NCBI RefSeq assembly: GCF_963676685.1 | Contig: NC_092352.1 | Location: forward strand, 44,950,001 to 45,014,000 | Source of the DNA: Mytilus edulis | Lineage: Eukaryota | DNA length: 64,000 nucleotides | Direction: 5' to 3' | In this document: piece after piece, positions 26,161 to 38,820 of the stretch | Layout of the letters: each line of letters starts with the position of its first letter | How positions within the stretch are numbered: position 1 is the stretch's first letter | Notes under the pieces: generated by a model | The model's database searches: none | Told to the model about the DNA's origin: nothing | What the model saw: the letters and a program-made list of their open reading frames with translations, nothing else | Translations under genes and position numbers: made by a program

Positions 26161-26914
26161 CGGTCATTTCATTCATCATGAGAATATACATGAAGAAAAG
26201 TTCGAAGAATAATACTAGCAAGTAATTTAACAATAACATCGATCTGGCTAATGAAATGTAATTACAATCCTTTCCCCTTTACAATTGTCTGTGTGCAACA
26301 TGGTGAAGTCTACCTAATGTCTTATTTTAGGGTAATGCTATATAATTCTGAAAATATAACAGATCTAAAGGGAAAGTTTGAAAATAAAAATGACCAGAAC
26401 AATAAGAACAACACATAAATCAACTTTGCAGAAATAATCAAATGACCCCATGATTTTCTGGATAAAGAGCTACTGCATGCTCACAGGAAGGCAATTAAAC
26501 CAAGTGTTCCAAGTGGTGAAGTTATCGATCATCACTTCCTAAGTTTAACGGACATCATGAGCCGTTTAACAGTATTAGACTTATTACCGTGTTTGTACTA
26601 ACATGAGCAACTAATCGGGTGCAACATGTAGAGCAGAATATGCTTACCCAACTCCGGAGATCTAGAGATCACCCCAAGCTTATCGTGGACTGGGTTCGTG
26701 TTGCTCGGTCTTTAGTTTTCTATGTTTTTTTGTGTAATTTGTGTTTGTCTGTTGGTCTTGTCCCTTTCAAACCAATGTTGTCAGTTTATTTTCGGCTTAT
26801 ATATGAGTTTGAATGTCACTCTTGTAACTTTCGCCTCTCTTTTCGATAGTACATATTGACGAATTTTCATCAAATAAATAGGTTTGTTGGCTCCTGTATA
26901 ATAATAGTACTATC

Positions 26915-27178
26915 CTTTGGGCCACATCAATTCCGTCAAACCCCTGTTTTAGTTATAAAGTGTCGTAACTCAAAAAGTTTAAATCTTATTTTCACCAAAA
27001 ATTATACAGATCATTTGACCATCATAAGAAACAACTATATTAAGTTTCATGAAATTTGGATAAGTCGTTCTAAAGTTACGGTGCGACATGTTTACGCCGG
27101 ACAGACGGACAGACGGACGGACACCAGAAATTTGTATACCATAATACGTCTCGTCAAAATTTTGACGGGCGTATAAAA
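26915..27178 (-). mobile_element. Partial HINE/pearl-like element
   Basis: (GGAC/AGAC)n microsatellite followed by hairpin ATACGTCTCGTCAAAATTTTGACGGGCGTAT and an A-run. Confidence 0.65.
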
Positions 27179-27399
27179 ACTGAACAGTAGGACTTTCGCT
27201 TCTATCAACACTAGACTCTAGTGAACCTCCACATGCTCAAAACTTTTGACATTTTATTCTTAGATATTTTTCAATTGTTTTACATATAATTGTTGGCTTT
27301 CAACTAGCTTTCCACTTGGTTTTCATCCAACCTACAATAAAACCCTTGCCAACGTGGAGAATCAGTTTAGCTGTGCTGGATGTATAAAAACTAAAAAGG

Positions 27400-27510
27400 C
27401 AGTTACGTCTTTTCAGAAAAGAGACCGTGAAATCCGACGCCTAGTGTAGAGAGAATGCTGCACGTTAAGAACACTTGCAACAACTCTTTGTGGGTCCGTA
27501 GGTGTTCTAC
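27400..27510 (+). repeat. Possible decayed SINE core (Deu-like domain)
   Basis: GAGACCGTGAAATCCGACG...GCACGTTAAGAACACTTGCAAC resembles the conserved central domain of Deu-type SINEs as I recall it; no intact tRNA head seen. Confidence 0.3.
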
Positions 27511-30082
27511 TGAAAGGCAAAATTTGTCCATATCCAATAAACCCGTATTTACCAATGGACTTTCCAATTTTCTGACTTTAATCATTGAAAGGACCTAAGA
27601 GTTGTATTTGTTATCATTTTTTAAAGGCAGTGCTTTAAGGCCTGACTTTTAAGTCATGAGGTTCATCTTTTCATACGCAATCTATGCAGGGGGTCTTTTT
27701 GCCAGAAATAGATCCGGAAATGTTCGAATTTCTCCTCTTCTTTTTATGGTATGATATGGTTTTTGTTTCTTTCATTTACATTGGGGACTAAAGAAACGAT
27801 CAGTATGTATTGTTCGTTTTATAGAACTTGTTATTAGTGTGTATTTTGCATTATAAGCAGTCAACCTGACTACAAACTATCATTATGTGTATTCCGTGTG
27901 GAAAGAGGTCTGGTCAATTTCGAGTGTTATCTGACATCTAAAGATTCTTTCAGACGTTGATAAAACAATGAAAAGTCGACTGAACATGATTAATATTGCA
28001 TCTTCTATAATTCAAAGCGGAATTCGGTTTATGAACGAGAAACCGTAAAGCCTTTTCAAGTTCGGTATTAGTTATGTATGTTGTCTACTTATTATCCTGG
28101 TTCCCGTTACTACGTTCCGGGTATTAGCTATTTGATATATGTGATGTGTAACATTACGATCGGGTACCAGCCAATCTACGTGTGTATGTGTACATGATTT
28201 CCCGCCAAAATGACCGACATACAGCTATGGAAAATAGTCCATAAACGTTCCGTATAATGATATGCAAATTCATAATTAATCGTAACTTTTTTTATCTTTG
28301 TATAATAAATATAACAAAATGGATTCCACAAAATTGAAGAAAGCATTATTTTACGAGGATTTCTCATATTTTTCTCACTTCCGGGCGCAGTAATACGTAT
28401 GTTTTGAAGAAGTTCGAAGAATTGAGAAGGAAACGGATAGATATACGTCCTTGCTATCAGGTAAAACAATTTAAATGTACAGAACAAACACATTTACTTC
28501 ACACAAATAGTACAGGCTTAAGCTTTTTATTGTCTTATAAATACACGACTGTAGTCTAGTGTTTAAACGACGGCGTTGAGCTACAAGGTACGGGTCATAC
28601 TGGGTCAAGTCTAAATATGTAAACATATCCACGTGCTATTAGGTAGAAAGCAGTAATGCAATATCTACAATTTTTCCTCCTTTATACATCGTTTAACCAC
28701 ATATATTTCTCCTTTATACATCGTTTAACCAGATATATTTCTCTTTCAAATACACTTATAAAACACAGGTTGTATGTACGTATCTTTTCTAGTGTTTTCT
28801 TGTCCTTATTAAAGTTCATTTGTTGATGTTTAAATATTTTTGAACGACTGAACACAGGAGTGAATGAATGCAACAATTATATATACTGAAGACTTGGGCT
28901 GTACAATGATAGTGTACATATATCATGCTGATAATTATTCTAGCAGTAATTATATTAATTTAGGATCTAATGACAGGAATTCATGAGCTATGCCTCAGGC
29001 TTTCTGAAAAAATATCAATGACAATGTAAACAGGAACGAAACATTGACACGAATGATGCTCTCTTCTATGTTATAGTTATTTAGGTATGTGTGTTGCACA
29101 AGTTTCAAAAAAACTTAAGTTATAAAACTTTTTTTCAGGGCACAAACCCACATTAAAGAGACTTGTCTACTGCCATACCCATCCTATTTTCATGCACTAT
29201 TTGCAAGCAAGAGACTGAATGGTTTGCAAAATTAAAAATCAAGACGGTGTCCAATTAAAACAAAAGAACTAAACTGGATGAATATTGTAGGAGAAATCTA
29301 GAGGAAAGTTTTGATTTGTGAAATTGGTTTTCCTGAAAAGTCATTCATCCTAGCCTGCAGGAAGGAACTATAACTGTCCACCACCAACTGACGAGCTAAT
29401 GTTGAGCTTCACATATGGAATTACTCAAATACCATCAATGTCTATGTTTTCAGCACAGATTTCACAAGTTATGACACAGCTGTGCTTTTTTTTATACCTG
29501 ATAAAGAGTTGTATACTAAATTTTATTTTTTTGTCAATAAATATATATTGTGTCATTTAAGAACTTGTATTTTGCCAAAAGATGCATACTAGTGAATGAA
29601 AGTGGTGCAGTTCATTTTGCTTTGGTATATAGAATTGAATTACAATTGTTCATGTTATTGGAATGCTTATAAAAATAAGGAGATGTGGTACAATGTATAT
29701 GATATTTAGTGAGTTTATCAAGCAAAAGTGAATAAGAAATAGGTATAAGCAGTTACAGGTACTACTGTACAATCTCAAACAATGAGAAAAACTCATACCG
29801 TAAAGAGAATTTCATATTTACAAGTAAGTTTTGTTTTTGCGTTGAATAATTTTCTTCTTTTGTTTTAATTGCAAATATGGGAAGTGGTTAAAATGCTAAT
29901 GAGACAGCTGTTATGGCCACAGAGCCTTAATTGAAAACTTCTTTTTCATTCATACCAGTAGATTTTGCCTGGACAATGCTGGAGTTAGAAACATATCTTA
30001 CAACTTTTCAAAATGCACATGGGGGTTTTACGTGAAAGATGGTTCATATAGTCATACAAAACCTTCAAGGGGGCCTTCAAAT

Positions 30083-30244
30083 GGAAGCAGGACAAGTCGC
30101 CCCACTGGTTAATCGCCCCACTTTTTAAAAAAACGCCACAAACTGATTTATCAAATCGCCCTACATGTGAAATTGGTTAAATCATGTTTAATATTACTCC
30201 TGCCAACTCGCCCTACTTATAAAAAAACGGTAATATTTAGATTA

Positions 30245-30278
<34 letters not shown>

Positions 30279-31839
30279 ATAAAAACTCGCACCACTTTAA
30301 TGAAAACTAATCTACACAGAATACAAACAAACCGAAAATTAATTTAATTACTATTATTGATATATACTGAAATTATATACAATGATATATAATTCTAAAA
30401 AAACCAACTGATTGTTGAAGAATAACTGTAAGTCTTGAAGCTTAGTTATTTGCATAACAATTGAAAAGAAACCTGTTAAATGTATCATAATGCAATATTA
30501 GGAATTGAACTTATATACAATGGGATAACATCTTTTTCCATAAGTGGGGCGAGTTGGCATTACTAAATTCATCCTGGTTAATAATATATTTATCTAGATT
30601 TCACCGATTTCCATTAGGTGGGACCACTTGGCAGGAGTAATATTAACGGGATTTAACACAGTTCACAAGTGGGGCGATTTGGTAATCCAGGTTGGGGCAG
30701 TTTTTTTGTCAAGCCTGCGACTTTTTTCGCAGAAAGCTCGACATAGGGATAGTGATCCTACGGCGGCGGCGATGTTAGCTCAGTTCTTAAAAGCTTTATA
30801 TTTTAGAAGGTGGGAGACCTGGATGCTTCATACTTTGTATATGGTTGCCTCATGTTACGAAGTTTCCGTCAGTCACATGTCCAATGTCCTTGACCTCATT
30901 TTCATGGTTCAGTGACTACTTGAAAAAAAAGTTAAAATATTTTGTAATGTTAAATTCTCTCTTATTATAAGTAATAGGATAACTATATTTGGTTTGTGCA
31001 TACCTTGCAAGGTCCTCTTGCCTGTCAGACAGTTTTCACTTGACCTCGACCTCATTTCATGGATCAGCGAACAAGGTTAAGTTTTGGTGGTCAAGTTCAT
31101 ATCTGAGATACTATTAGCAATAGGTCTAGTATATTTGGTGTATGGAAGCACTGTAAGGTGTACATGTCCAACTGGCAAGTGTCATCTGACCTTGACCTCA
31201 TTTTCATGGATTAGTGGTTATAGTTAAGTTTTGTGTTTTGGTCTGTTTTTCTTGTACTGTTTGCAATAGGTTTTCTATATTTTGTGTATGGAATGGTTGT
31301 AAGGTGTACAGGTCTACCTGGCAGGTGTCATATGACCTTGACCTCATTTTCATGGTTCAGTGGTCAAAGTTAAGTTTATGAGTTTTGTTTTTCTAATACT
31401 ATATGCAATACATGTAGGTCAACTATATTTGGTGTATGGAAATATTTCATGATCTACATGTCAGTCGCGCAGGTTTTATTTGACCTTGATCTCATTTTTT
31501 ACGGTTCATTGCTCAGTGTTAAGCTTTTGTGTGTTGGTCTGTTTTTCTTAAACTATAAGCAATAAGTCAATTTTATTTGTTGTATGGAAGAATTGTTAGC
31601 TGTACATGCCACCCTGGCATGGTTTATCTGACCTTGACCTCATTTTCATGGTCCAAAGGTCAATGTTTAGTTTTCTTGGTTTATGTTAAGATTATGTGAC
31701 AGTTGTAATAAAGCTTTATTATTAGGACTATCAACATAATATCAATGATCAGTAAAGAAGGCGAGACATTCAGTGTGTACACTCTTGTTTTTAAAGTGGG
31801 GCGAGTTAGTGAAAAAGTGGGAAGATTTGTCATGGATTC
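30083..31839. mobile_element. Mutator-like MITE interrupted by a HINE-like element
   Basis: Termini GGAAGCAGGACAAGTC / GATTTGTCATGGATTC, subterminal CGCCCCACT / AGTGGGGCG repeats, 9-bp TSD CCTTCAAAT at 30074-30082 and 31840-31848. Confidence 0.8.
30706..31789 (+). mobile_element. HINE-like element with ~147-bp GACCTTGACCTCATTTTCATGG satellite
   Basis: T-run insertion; 5' GTCAAGCC...AGCTCGAC inverted repeat, (GGC)n, about six internal monomers, 3' GGCGAGAC plus palindrome; same family as 61121-62195. Confidence 0.85.
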
Positions 31840-32124
31840 CCTTCAAATATATTCTAATGTGGTTTTTGGCTTCTTCATGCATTAACAAGCTCATAGCCTT
31901 TGTTGAATTAATTGTTTTCTTTAAAATAGTCGACAAAATTGCTCTTACAAAATTGCCATTTGGGAGCCTCGAGCTCGATGGGGGAAATACTCTGCAAATA
32001 CTGACAGTTGGCAGGTATGGTCATAAAAAAAGTTGACATGTTTCTATGTACATTTACCATTATGTTACTTGATGTTCTTGCTATACACACAGTACAGAGA
32101 CTAGTCAATCTTTGTGAACTATTT

Positions 32125-33413
32125 TTAGCTCACCTGGCCCGAAGGGCCAAGTGAGCTTTTTTCATCACTTGGCGTCCGGCGTCCGTCGTCGTCCGTCGTC
32201 GTTAACTTTTACAAAAATCTTCTCCTCTGAAACTGCTGGGCCAAATTAATCCAAACTTGGCCATAATCATCATTGGGGTATCTAGTTTAAAAATTGTGTG
32301 GCGTGATCCCGCCAACCAACCAAGATGGCCGCCACGGCTAAAAATAGAACATAGGGGTAAAATGCAGTTTTTGGCTTATAACTCAAAAACCAAAGCATTT
32401 AGAGCAAATCTGACATGGGGTAAAACTGTTCATCAGGTCAAGATCTAACTGCCCTGAAATTTTCAGATGAATCGGACAACCTGTTGTTGGGTTGCTGCCC
32501 CTGAATTGGTAATTTTAGGGAAATTTTGCTGTTTTTTGTTATTATCTTGAATATTATTATAGATAGAGATAAACTGTAAACAGCAATAATGTTCAGCAAA
32601 GTAAGATCTACAAATAAGTCAACATAACCAAAATGGTCAGTTGACCACTTTAGGAGTTATTGTCCTTTATAGTCAATTTTTAACCATTTTTCGTAAATCT
32701 TGGTAATCTTTTACAAAAATCTTCTCCTCTGAAACTACCAGGCCAAATTTAAACAAACTTGGCCGCAATCATCATTGGGGTATCTAGTTTAAAAATTGTG
32801 TGGCGTGACCCGGACAACCAACAAAGATGGCCACCATGGCTAAAAATAGAACATAGGGGTAAAATGCAGTTTTTTGCTTATAACTCAAAAACCAAAGCAT
32901 TTAGAGCAAATCTAACAGGGAGTAAAATTGTTAATCAGGTCAAGATCTATTTGCCATGAAATTTTCAGATGGATTGGACAAAATGCTGTTAGGTTGCTGC
33001 CCCTGAATTAGTCATTTTACGGAAATTTTGCCGTTTTTTGTTATTATCTTGAATATTATTATAGATAGAGATAAATTGTAAAGGGAAACAATGTACAGCA
33101 AAGTAAGACCTAAAAATAAGTCAACATGACCTAAATGGTCAATTGACCCCATAAGGAGTTATTGCCCTTTATAGTCAATTTTTAACAATTTTCATAAAAT
33201 TTGTAAATTTTAACTAACATTTTCCACTGAAGCTCTTAGGCCAAGTTCAATATAGATAGAATGATTGTAAGCAGCAATAATGTTCAGTAAAGTAAGATAT
33301 ACAAACACATCACCATCACCAAAACACAATTTTGTCATGAATTCAAATGCGTCCTTTGTTTAATATTCACATAGACCAAGGTGAGCGACACAGGCTCTTT
33401 GGAGCCTCTTGTT
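32125..33413 (+). mobile_element. HINE-like element with 502-bp internal duplication
   Basis: 5' hairpin AGCTCACCTGGCCCGAAGGGCCAAGTGAGCT, (GTC)n, duplicated block (paralogous spurious ORFs at 32257 and 32759), 3' GGTGAGCGA plus palindrome AGGCTC-TTTG-GAGCCT. Confidence 0.85.
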
Positions 33414-33954
33414 TATGGGAGTCATAGAATATGCGTATACAATCATTAATTAAAAATAGTCTATTTATATTGAAAAGAAAAAGTTCTTATATGTCTAAAG
33501 AAGAGGGACGAAAGACACAAAAGGGACAGTAAAACTCATAAATTTAAAGCAAACTGACAAGACCATGGCTAAAAATGCATTTCATGGGAGGCACAGAAAA
33601 TATACTGTAAACAGTAGACTATAGATATAGGTGAACTAGGTACAAAAGAACTCTAAATCTTAAATTCTACAAACCACCTCTGTTCTATGGAAGATAATGA
33701 TATAACTGGACTAGAAATACACACAACCTGTAATTAACTGCCTTTACAGCGCTTTCGCGCTTTGATTTACCCTAACTTGACATGCATGATCTATTCGCCA
33801 CTGTACGTTTAGCGATCATTCAATCAATCAACTAGGTTTCAGTAACTTCGAGTACTCTCAGATCTACGCATGAAATGACCATAATAATTCAAATTCCTAA
33901 GCAGGCAGGGGTTTACAGTACATGGTATAAGAAATATGAATTTCTTGAATTTTG

Positions 33955-34375
33955 TTAAATAAAATTGAGAATGGAAATGGGGAATATATCATAGAGACAA
34001 CAACCTGACCAAAGAGCAGATAACAGCCGAAAGCCACCAATAATGTCTTCAATGCAGCGGGATGTGGCCCCTAAATACATATTATGATCAGATTCGAACT
34101 TTTGCATTAGGCATGATGCCATCGACTGTGTGTGTGTGTGGTCGAGGAGGGTGAAGGTTTCAGAATAAATGTACATACAATTCTATCCAATACTTGGAGT
34201 CCATTCACAAAGGATGGGGTGATATATAGACTAGTTAGGGGCCAGCTGAAGGTCGCCTCCAGGTGTGGGAGTTTCTCGCTACATTGAAGACCCATTGGTG
34301 GCTTTCGGCTGTTGTCTGCTGTATGGTCGGGTTGTTGTCGCTTTGACACATTCCCCATTTCCTTTCTCAATATTA
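33955..34375. repeat. Foldback of two SINE-like 3' ends pointing outward
   Basis: 33957-34075 (AAATTGAGAATGGAAATGGGGAA...) is the reverse complement of ~34230-34375; ~150-bp unique spacer. Confidence 0.75.
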
Positions 34376-34713
34376 TAGTGCACAAATGACTTCACATCCA
34401 TCTGCAGATAAGTTAACGTTGTTATAATTAAAATATTTGTGACAAGAATGTGTCCCTAGTACACGGACACAGGCACTTGTCTCAATTTTTTACCTCTATA
34501 TACAGATGCTATACCTTAATATAACACAAGGTAATTAACTCATATTTTTTGAAAAATGTCAGTCAGTCGCGAAATTCCGTTATAAGCCGATTCCTCGGTT
34601 GTCAACCCCACTAAAACTATTCAGTATGCCGTAAATTTAAATTGATTTTTGTACACAATGGTGTATAACACGCCTTCTTTTGTTGTCGAAATCATCCGCA
34701 GCAGGCCTACCTA

Positions 34714-37700
34714 ACATCTACATCGTAGAAATGCAAGAGGTCTAAGACCCATCACGCAAGTACTTATTTGGTCGTTCAATATGGTGCTCATTAAAAACAT
34801 ATTTACAGGTGAAATTAAAATCAAATGTTTGTTGCGTGACTCAGTACTCTGTTAAATAAGATGTGAGGCTGTTCTTGAATGCCTCTGCATCTTCTATATT
34901 TTTAACAGTCTTATTGGTAGGGTATTTCATTGAAGATTGCATATTTTGGCGTTAATATTGATTCACTTATAGGGTCTTTGCATCGGAACTAAACACATTT
35001 ATTATTAATAAACCAGTTGTTGGCATGACACGGGTTACGTTCTTCTCATATATGTTATGATGGTATCATACTAAACCCCTCACGCGGAGGATTGTGCCTG
35101 ATATTCATATGATGAAGACATAATTTTTCAATCAGTTTAATTGGAGTCTGGAGCTGGCATGTCAGTTAACTGCTAGTAGTCTGATGTTATTTATGTATTA
35201 TTGTCATTTTGTTTATTTTCTTGTGGTTACATCTTCTGACATCAGACTCGGACTTCTCTAGAACTGAATTTTAATTTGCGTATTGTTATGCGTTTACTTT
35301 TCTGCATTGGCTAGAGGTATAGGGGAGGGTTGAGATCTCAAAAACATGTTTAACCCCACCGCATTTTTGCGCCTGTCCCAAGTCAGGAGCCCCTGGCCTT
35401 TGTTAGTCTTGTATTATGTTAACTTTTAGTTTCTTGTGTACAATTTGGAGTTTAGTATGGCGTTCATTATCACTGAACTAGTATATATTTGTTTAGGGGC
35501 TAGATGAAGGACGCCTCCGGGTGCGGGAATTTCTCGTTGCATTGAAGACCTGTTGGTGACCTTCTGCTGTTGTCTGCTCTATGGTCGGGTTGTTGTCTCT
35601 TTGGAAAATTCCCCATTTCCATTCTCAATTTTATTCCAGTCTTTGATGGTACGTGGAAAGAAGCTGTATTTGTAGGTGTTTGTTGAAGTTTGAAGGTTTC
35701 TAAATTTACTTCGGTGATATTGCCGTGTTGTCCTGCCTTGTTATTCTACATAATCTGGAATATTTATGACTTTCTTTTTATGTAAAGCTTTGTGAAACAA
35801 ACGAAGACTTTTTATTTTCCGTCTTATTTCTAATGATGGTAGTTTTAGCTCCTTCATTAGACTAGTAACTGACCCAGGTTCTCTGCTGTATTGATGTTTG
35901 ATAAAACGTGCTGATCTTCTTTGCACCATTTCTATCTGTTTGATGTGGTTTTCTTGATATGGATCCCATGCACTGCTTGCATATTCAACGTTTGGTCTGA
36001 CAATGGCTTGATATGCTCTTTTCTTAATTTCTTCTGGGAATTTGCCGATGTTTCTCCTCATAAAGCCTGATGATTTATTTGCTTTTGCCGTGATGTTATT
36101 GATGTGCATGTCCCATTTCAGGTTGTTGGCAAACTGAACTCCTAAATATGGGTTTTGGCTTACATTTTCTAAAACTTGGCCATGCATGTGATAGTTATGT
36201 AATATAGTTTTTTTCTTGTAGTTTATTCTTAGAACATAACATTTTGAAGCATTAAATTACATCTGCCATTTAGATACCCAGTCAACTAATTTATCCAGGT
36301 CTATTTGTAGTTGGTTACAGTCATCTTTGCAGTCTATTGCTAGGTATAATAGGCTGTCATCTGCAAAGAGACGCAACTTTGACTTGATGTCATCCCCAAT
36401 ATCATTGATGTACAAAAGAAACATCAATGGACCTAAAACTGTACCTTGGGGTACTCCTGGTTTTACAAAGGCATTTGTAGATGTTTCGCCTTCAACTGCT
36501 ACACACTGCTGTCGTTGTGTGAGCCAGGCCTTTACCCACTCTATTATTTTACCATTTATTCCATAGTGCTCTAGTCTCCGCAGAAGCCGTATGTGAGGCA
36601 CTACATCAAATGCTTTGCTGAAATCTAATATAGCATATCCACTTGCTCTTTTTTATCTAGATGTTTTGCGATATCTTCAATTGCTGTTACTAATTGAGAT
36701 TCGCATGATCTTTTCTGTCTGAAGCCATGTTGGTAATCGATTAATATTTCATATTTTTCAAGATGTTGCATAATGTGTTTGAAAATGATGTGTTCCATGA
36801 GTTTGCAGGTAACTGACGTCAATGAAACAGGTCTATACTTTACTGGCAAGCTTTTGTCTCCCTTTTTAAAAAGTGATGTGATGATAGCTGTAATCCAATC
36901 GTTTGGGACAGCCCCTTTATCATATTTTTTCTTGAATAATGTTGTTATGTATGGTGAGATACTTGTAGCACATTTCTTTAGGACTCTGTTCGGTATGTTA
37001 TATGGTCCATTTGCTTTTTTCGGATTGACATTACTAAGTAGCTTTCTTACTCCTTCTACTGTTATCTCTAGATGGTCTATATCAGGCGATGGGCTGCCAT
37101 TTAATTTTGGTTTACTTGATGTATTTTCATCAGTAAAAACAGATACAAATTGATGGTTAAGTGCTTCTGCTTTCCCTTTGTTGTCTTCCATAAGTTTTCC
37201 GTTTGAAATAAGTGGTGCTACCCCACATGAGTCTCTTTTCTTTGATTTAACATATTGCCAAAACTTTTTTCCAACAACAGGTGTTTTTCTCTCACCCTCT
37301 TCGTCTACTTCCAAAAGTTGTGATATGTAGTTTTGGTGTGCTTCCATCTATGTGCTTCTTCTAATTTAGTTTTTACTGTTTTCAATGGAGATTAAATTCT
37401 TCCCAGTGTTTTTCATTATCGGTACGTTTTGCCTTGTTGTTAACCTTTGTTTTTTTCCTGATCATTGTTTTGATCTCTCTATTGATCCAAGGTACATTCC
37501 ATCTGGTTGACAGTATTTTAGTTAGGATATTTGATATTATAGCATGTGACAATAGATCTTTAAACCATTCCAGCATTCTTGTATGATACTTGTATTTGCT
37601 TTTTGTATAAAATTATTCAGCTCTTTATCTAGTTGTTCATTTATTCCGTTCGTGTTGCCCTTTTTGTAAATATATACTTTCCTTGGTACTTGCTTTTTTG

Positions 37701-38219
37701 TTTTTGCTTTTAAGTTTATGTCAGTGATGACTATGCTATGGTCACTCATTCCATCTTGGACTGATATGATTTTCAATGCTTGTTGGATTTGTTGTTAGTA
37801 CAAGGTCTAATATGTTATCTTGACGTGTTGGTTCTTTTACTATTTGTGTTCGACAGTTTTCTTCAAGTGCTTCTATAAACTTGTTATTGGTTTCCATACT
37901 ATAGTTGTTTGGTTTCTTTATTTGGAAGTTGTTATCTTCGTCTATTTCCCATTTTATGTCTGGCATGTTGAAATCCCCAGTTAGTACTAGATTTGGTAGA
38001 TTATTTGAATGTGTTAGCCTGGTTAACGATGTATTTAAGCTTTCAATGGGTGCTATATTATTGTCTGGTGGTCTGTAATAGCAGCCTGTATAATGTGGTT
38101 TACTTTCTTTTACCTCAATCTTATTCCAGCATATTTCACAATCGGTGTCTAGTGTGATTTCAGCTGTAGATAATAGGTCTTTTCTTACCAAGTTTGATAC
38201 CCCTCCACCTTCATGCCCT
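34714..38219 (-). mobile_element. 5'-truncated, frameshifted CR1-group LINE (APE endonuclease plus reverse transcriptase)
   Basis: Consecutive minus ORFs carry APE motifs (GGGV, CYYRPP, LTGDFN, PTRQDNILDLVLT, SDH) and RT motifs (YRPVSLTS, QHGFRQKRSCESQL, GVPQGTVLGPLMFLLYINDI, LFADD). The C-terminus SFFPRTIKDWN|TLPIRLL...EAFKNSL is split by an insertion; (GATGTA)n-type tail at ~34714-34727. Confidence 0.93.
34927..35631 (+). mobile_element. 705-bp SINE-like repeat inserted into the LINE
   Basis: Interrupts the LINE ORF with a 4-bp duplication (TATT at 34923-34926 and 35632-35635); its core ATGTTTAACCCC...GCCTGTCCCAAGTCAGGAGCC is shared with 57944-58975. Confidence 0.8.
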
Positions 38220-38532
38220 AAGTATGGCAATCGTGATTATTTCGTCTAACCGGACGCCAAATTGGAAACATGGAACTCGCAGATCGAAAAACATAATACA
38301 AAAATATGTATAGGCACTTGTTTAAAGTGCCTGACGACAGCTTCGCCCTGTAGACTAACGAAATAGTTTCTGCGGGAGATCTCATTGTTCTACGGCCATT
38401 TTACTCCTAAATTTCTCTCTTCCTCTATTTGTCAAGTTTCGACCACAGTGCTTTGGCCATGCTGCCAGTTCGGCCATACTTTGTAAAGTCGTTTCGGCCA
38501 TGATTTTTTATTGGTATTTATAAGAGAGAAAA

Positions 38533-38820
38533 ACAGTGCCGTATCGGTCGTAGTCGTTTCGGTCACAGTGCCGTATCGGTCATAGTCGTTTCGGTCACAG
38601 TGCCGTATCGGTCATAGTCGTTTCGGTCACAGTGCCGTCTCGGTCATAGTCGTTTCGGTCACAGTGCCGTATCGGTCATAGTCGTTTCGGTCACAGTGCC
38701 GTATCGGTCATAGTCGTTTCGGTCACAGTGCCGTCTCGGTCATAGTCGTTTCGGTCACAGTGCCGTATCGGTCATAGTCGTTTCGGTCACAGTGCCGTAT
38801 CGGTCATAGTCGTTTCGGCC
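38533..38820 (+). repeat. 32-bp minisatellite, 9 near-identical copies, inside a Mutator-like MITE remnant (~38435-39075)
   Basis: Unit ACAGTGCCGTATCGGTCATAGTCGTTTCGGTC x9, no spacers; related TTCGGCCA repeats flank it. Confidence 0.95.

Noticed and set aside
32257-32959. Two paralogous short ORFs (also 25835-26065, 30628-30915, 61415-61630)
   Set aside because: They arise from internal duplications of HINE-like repeats, start at non-ATG codons and match no protein motif I recognise.
36327-37153. Plus-strand ORFs of 79 and 126 aa
   Set aside because: Antisense shadows of the LINE reverse transcriptase.
38533-38820. CRISPR-like array of 32-bp repeats
   Set aside because: Units are contiguous with no unique spacers, there are no cas genes and the context is eukaryotic; it is a minisatellite.
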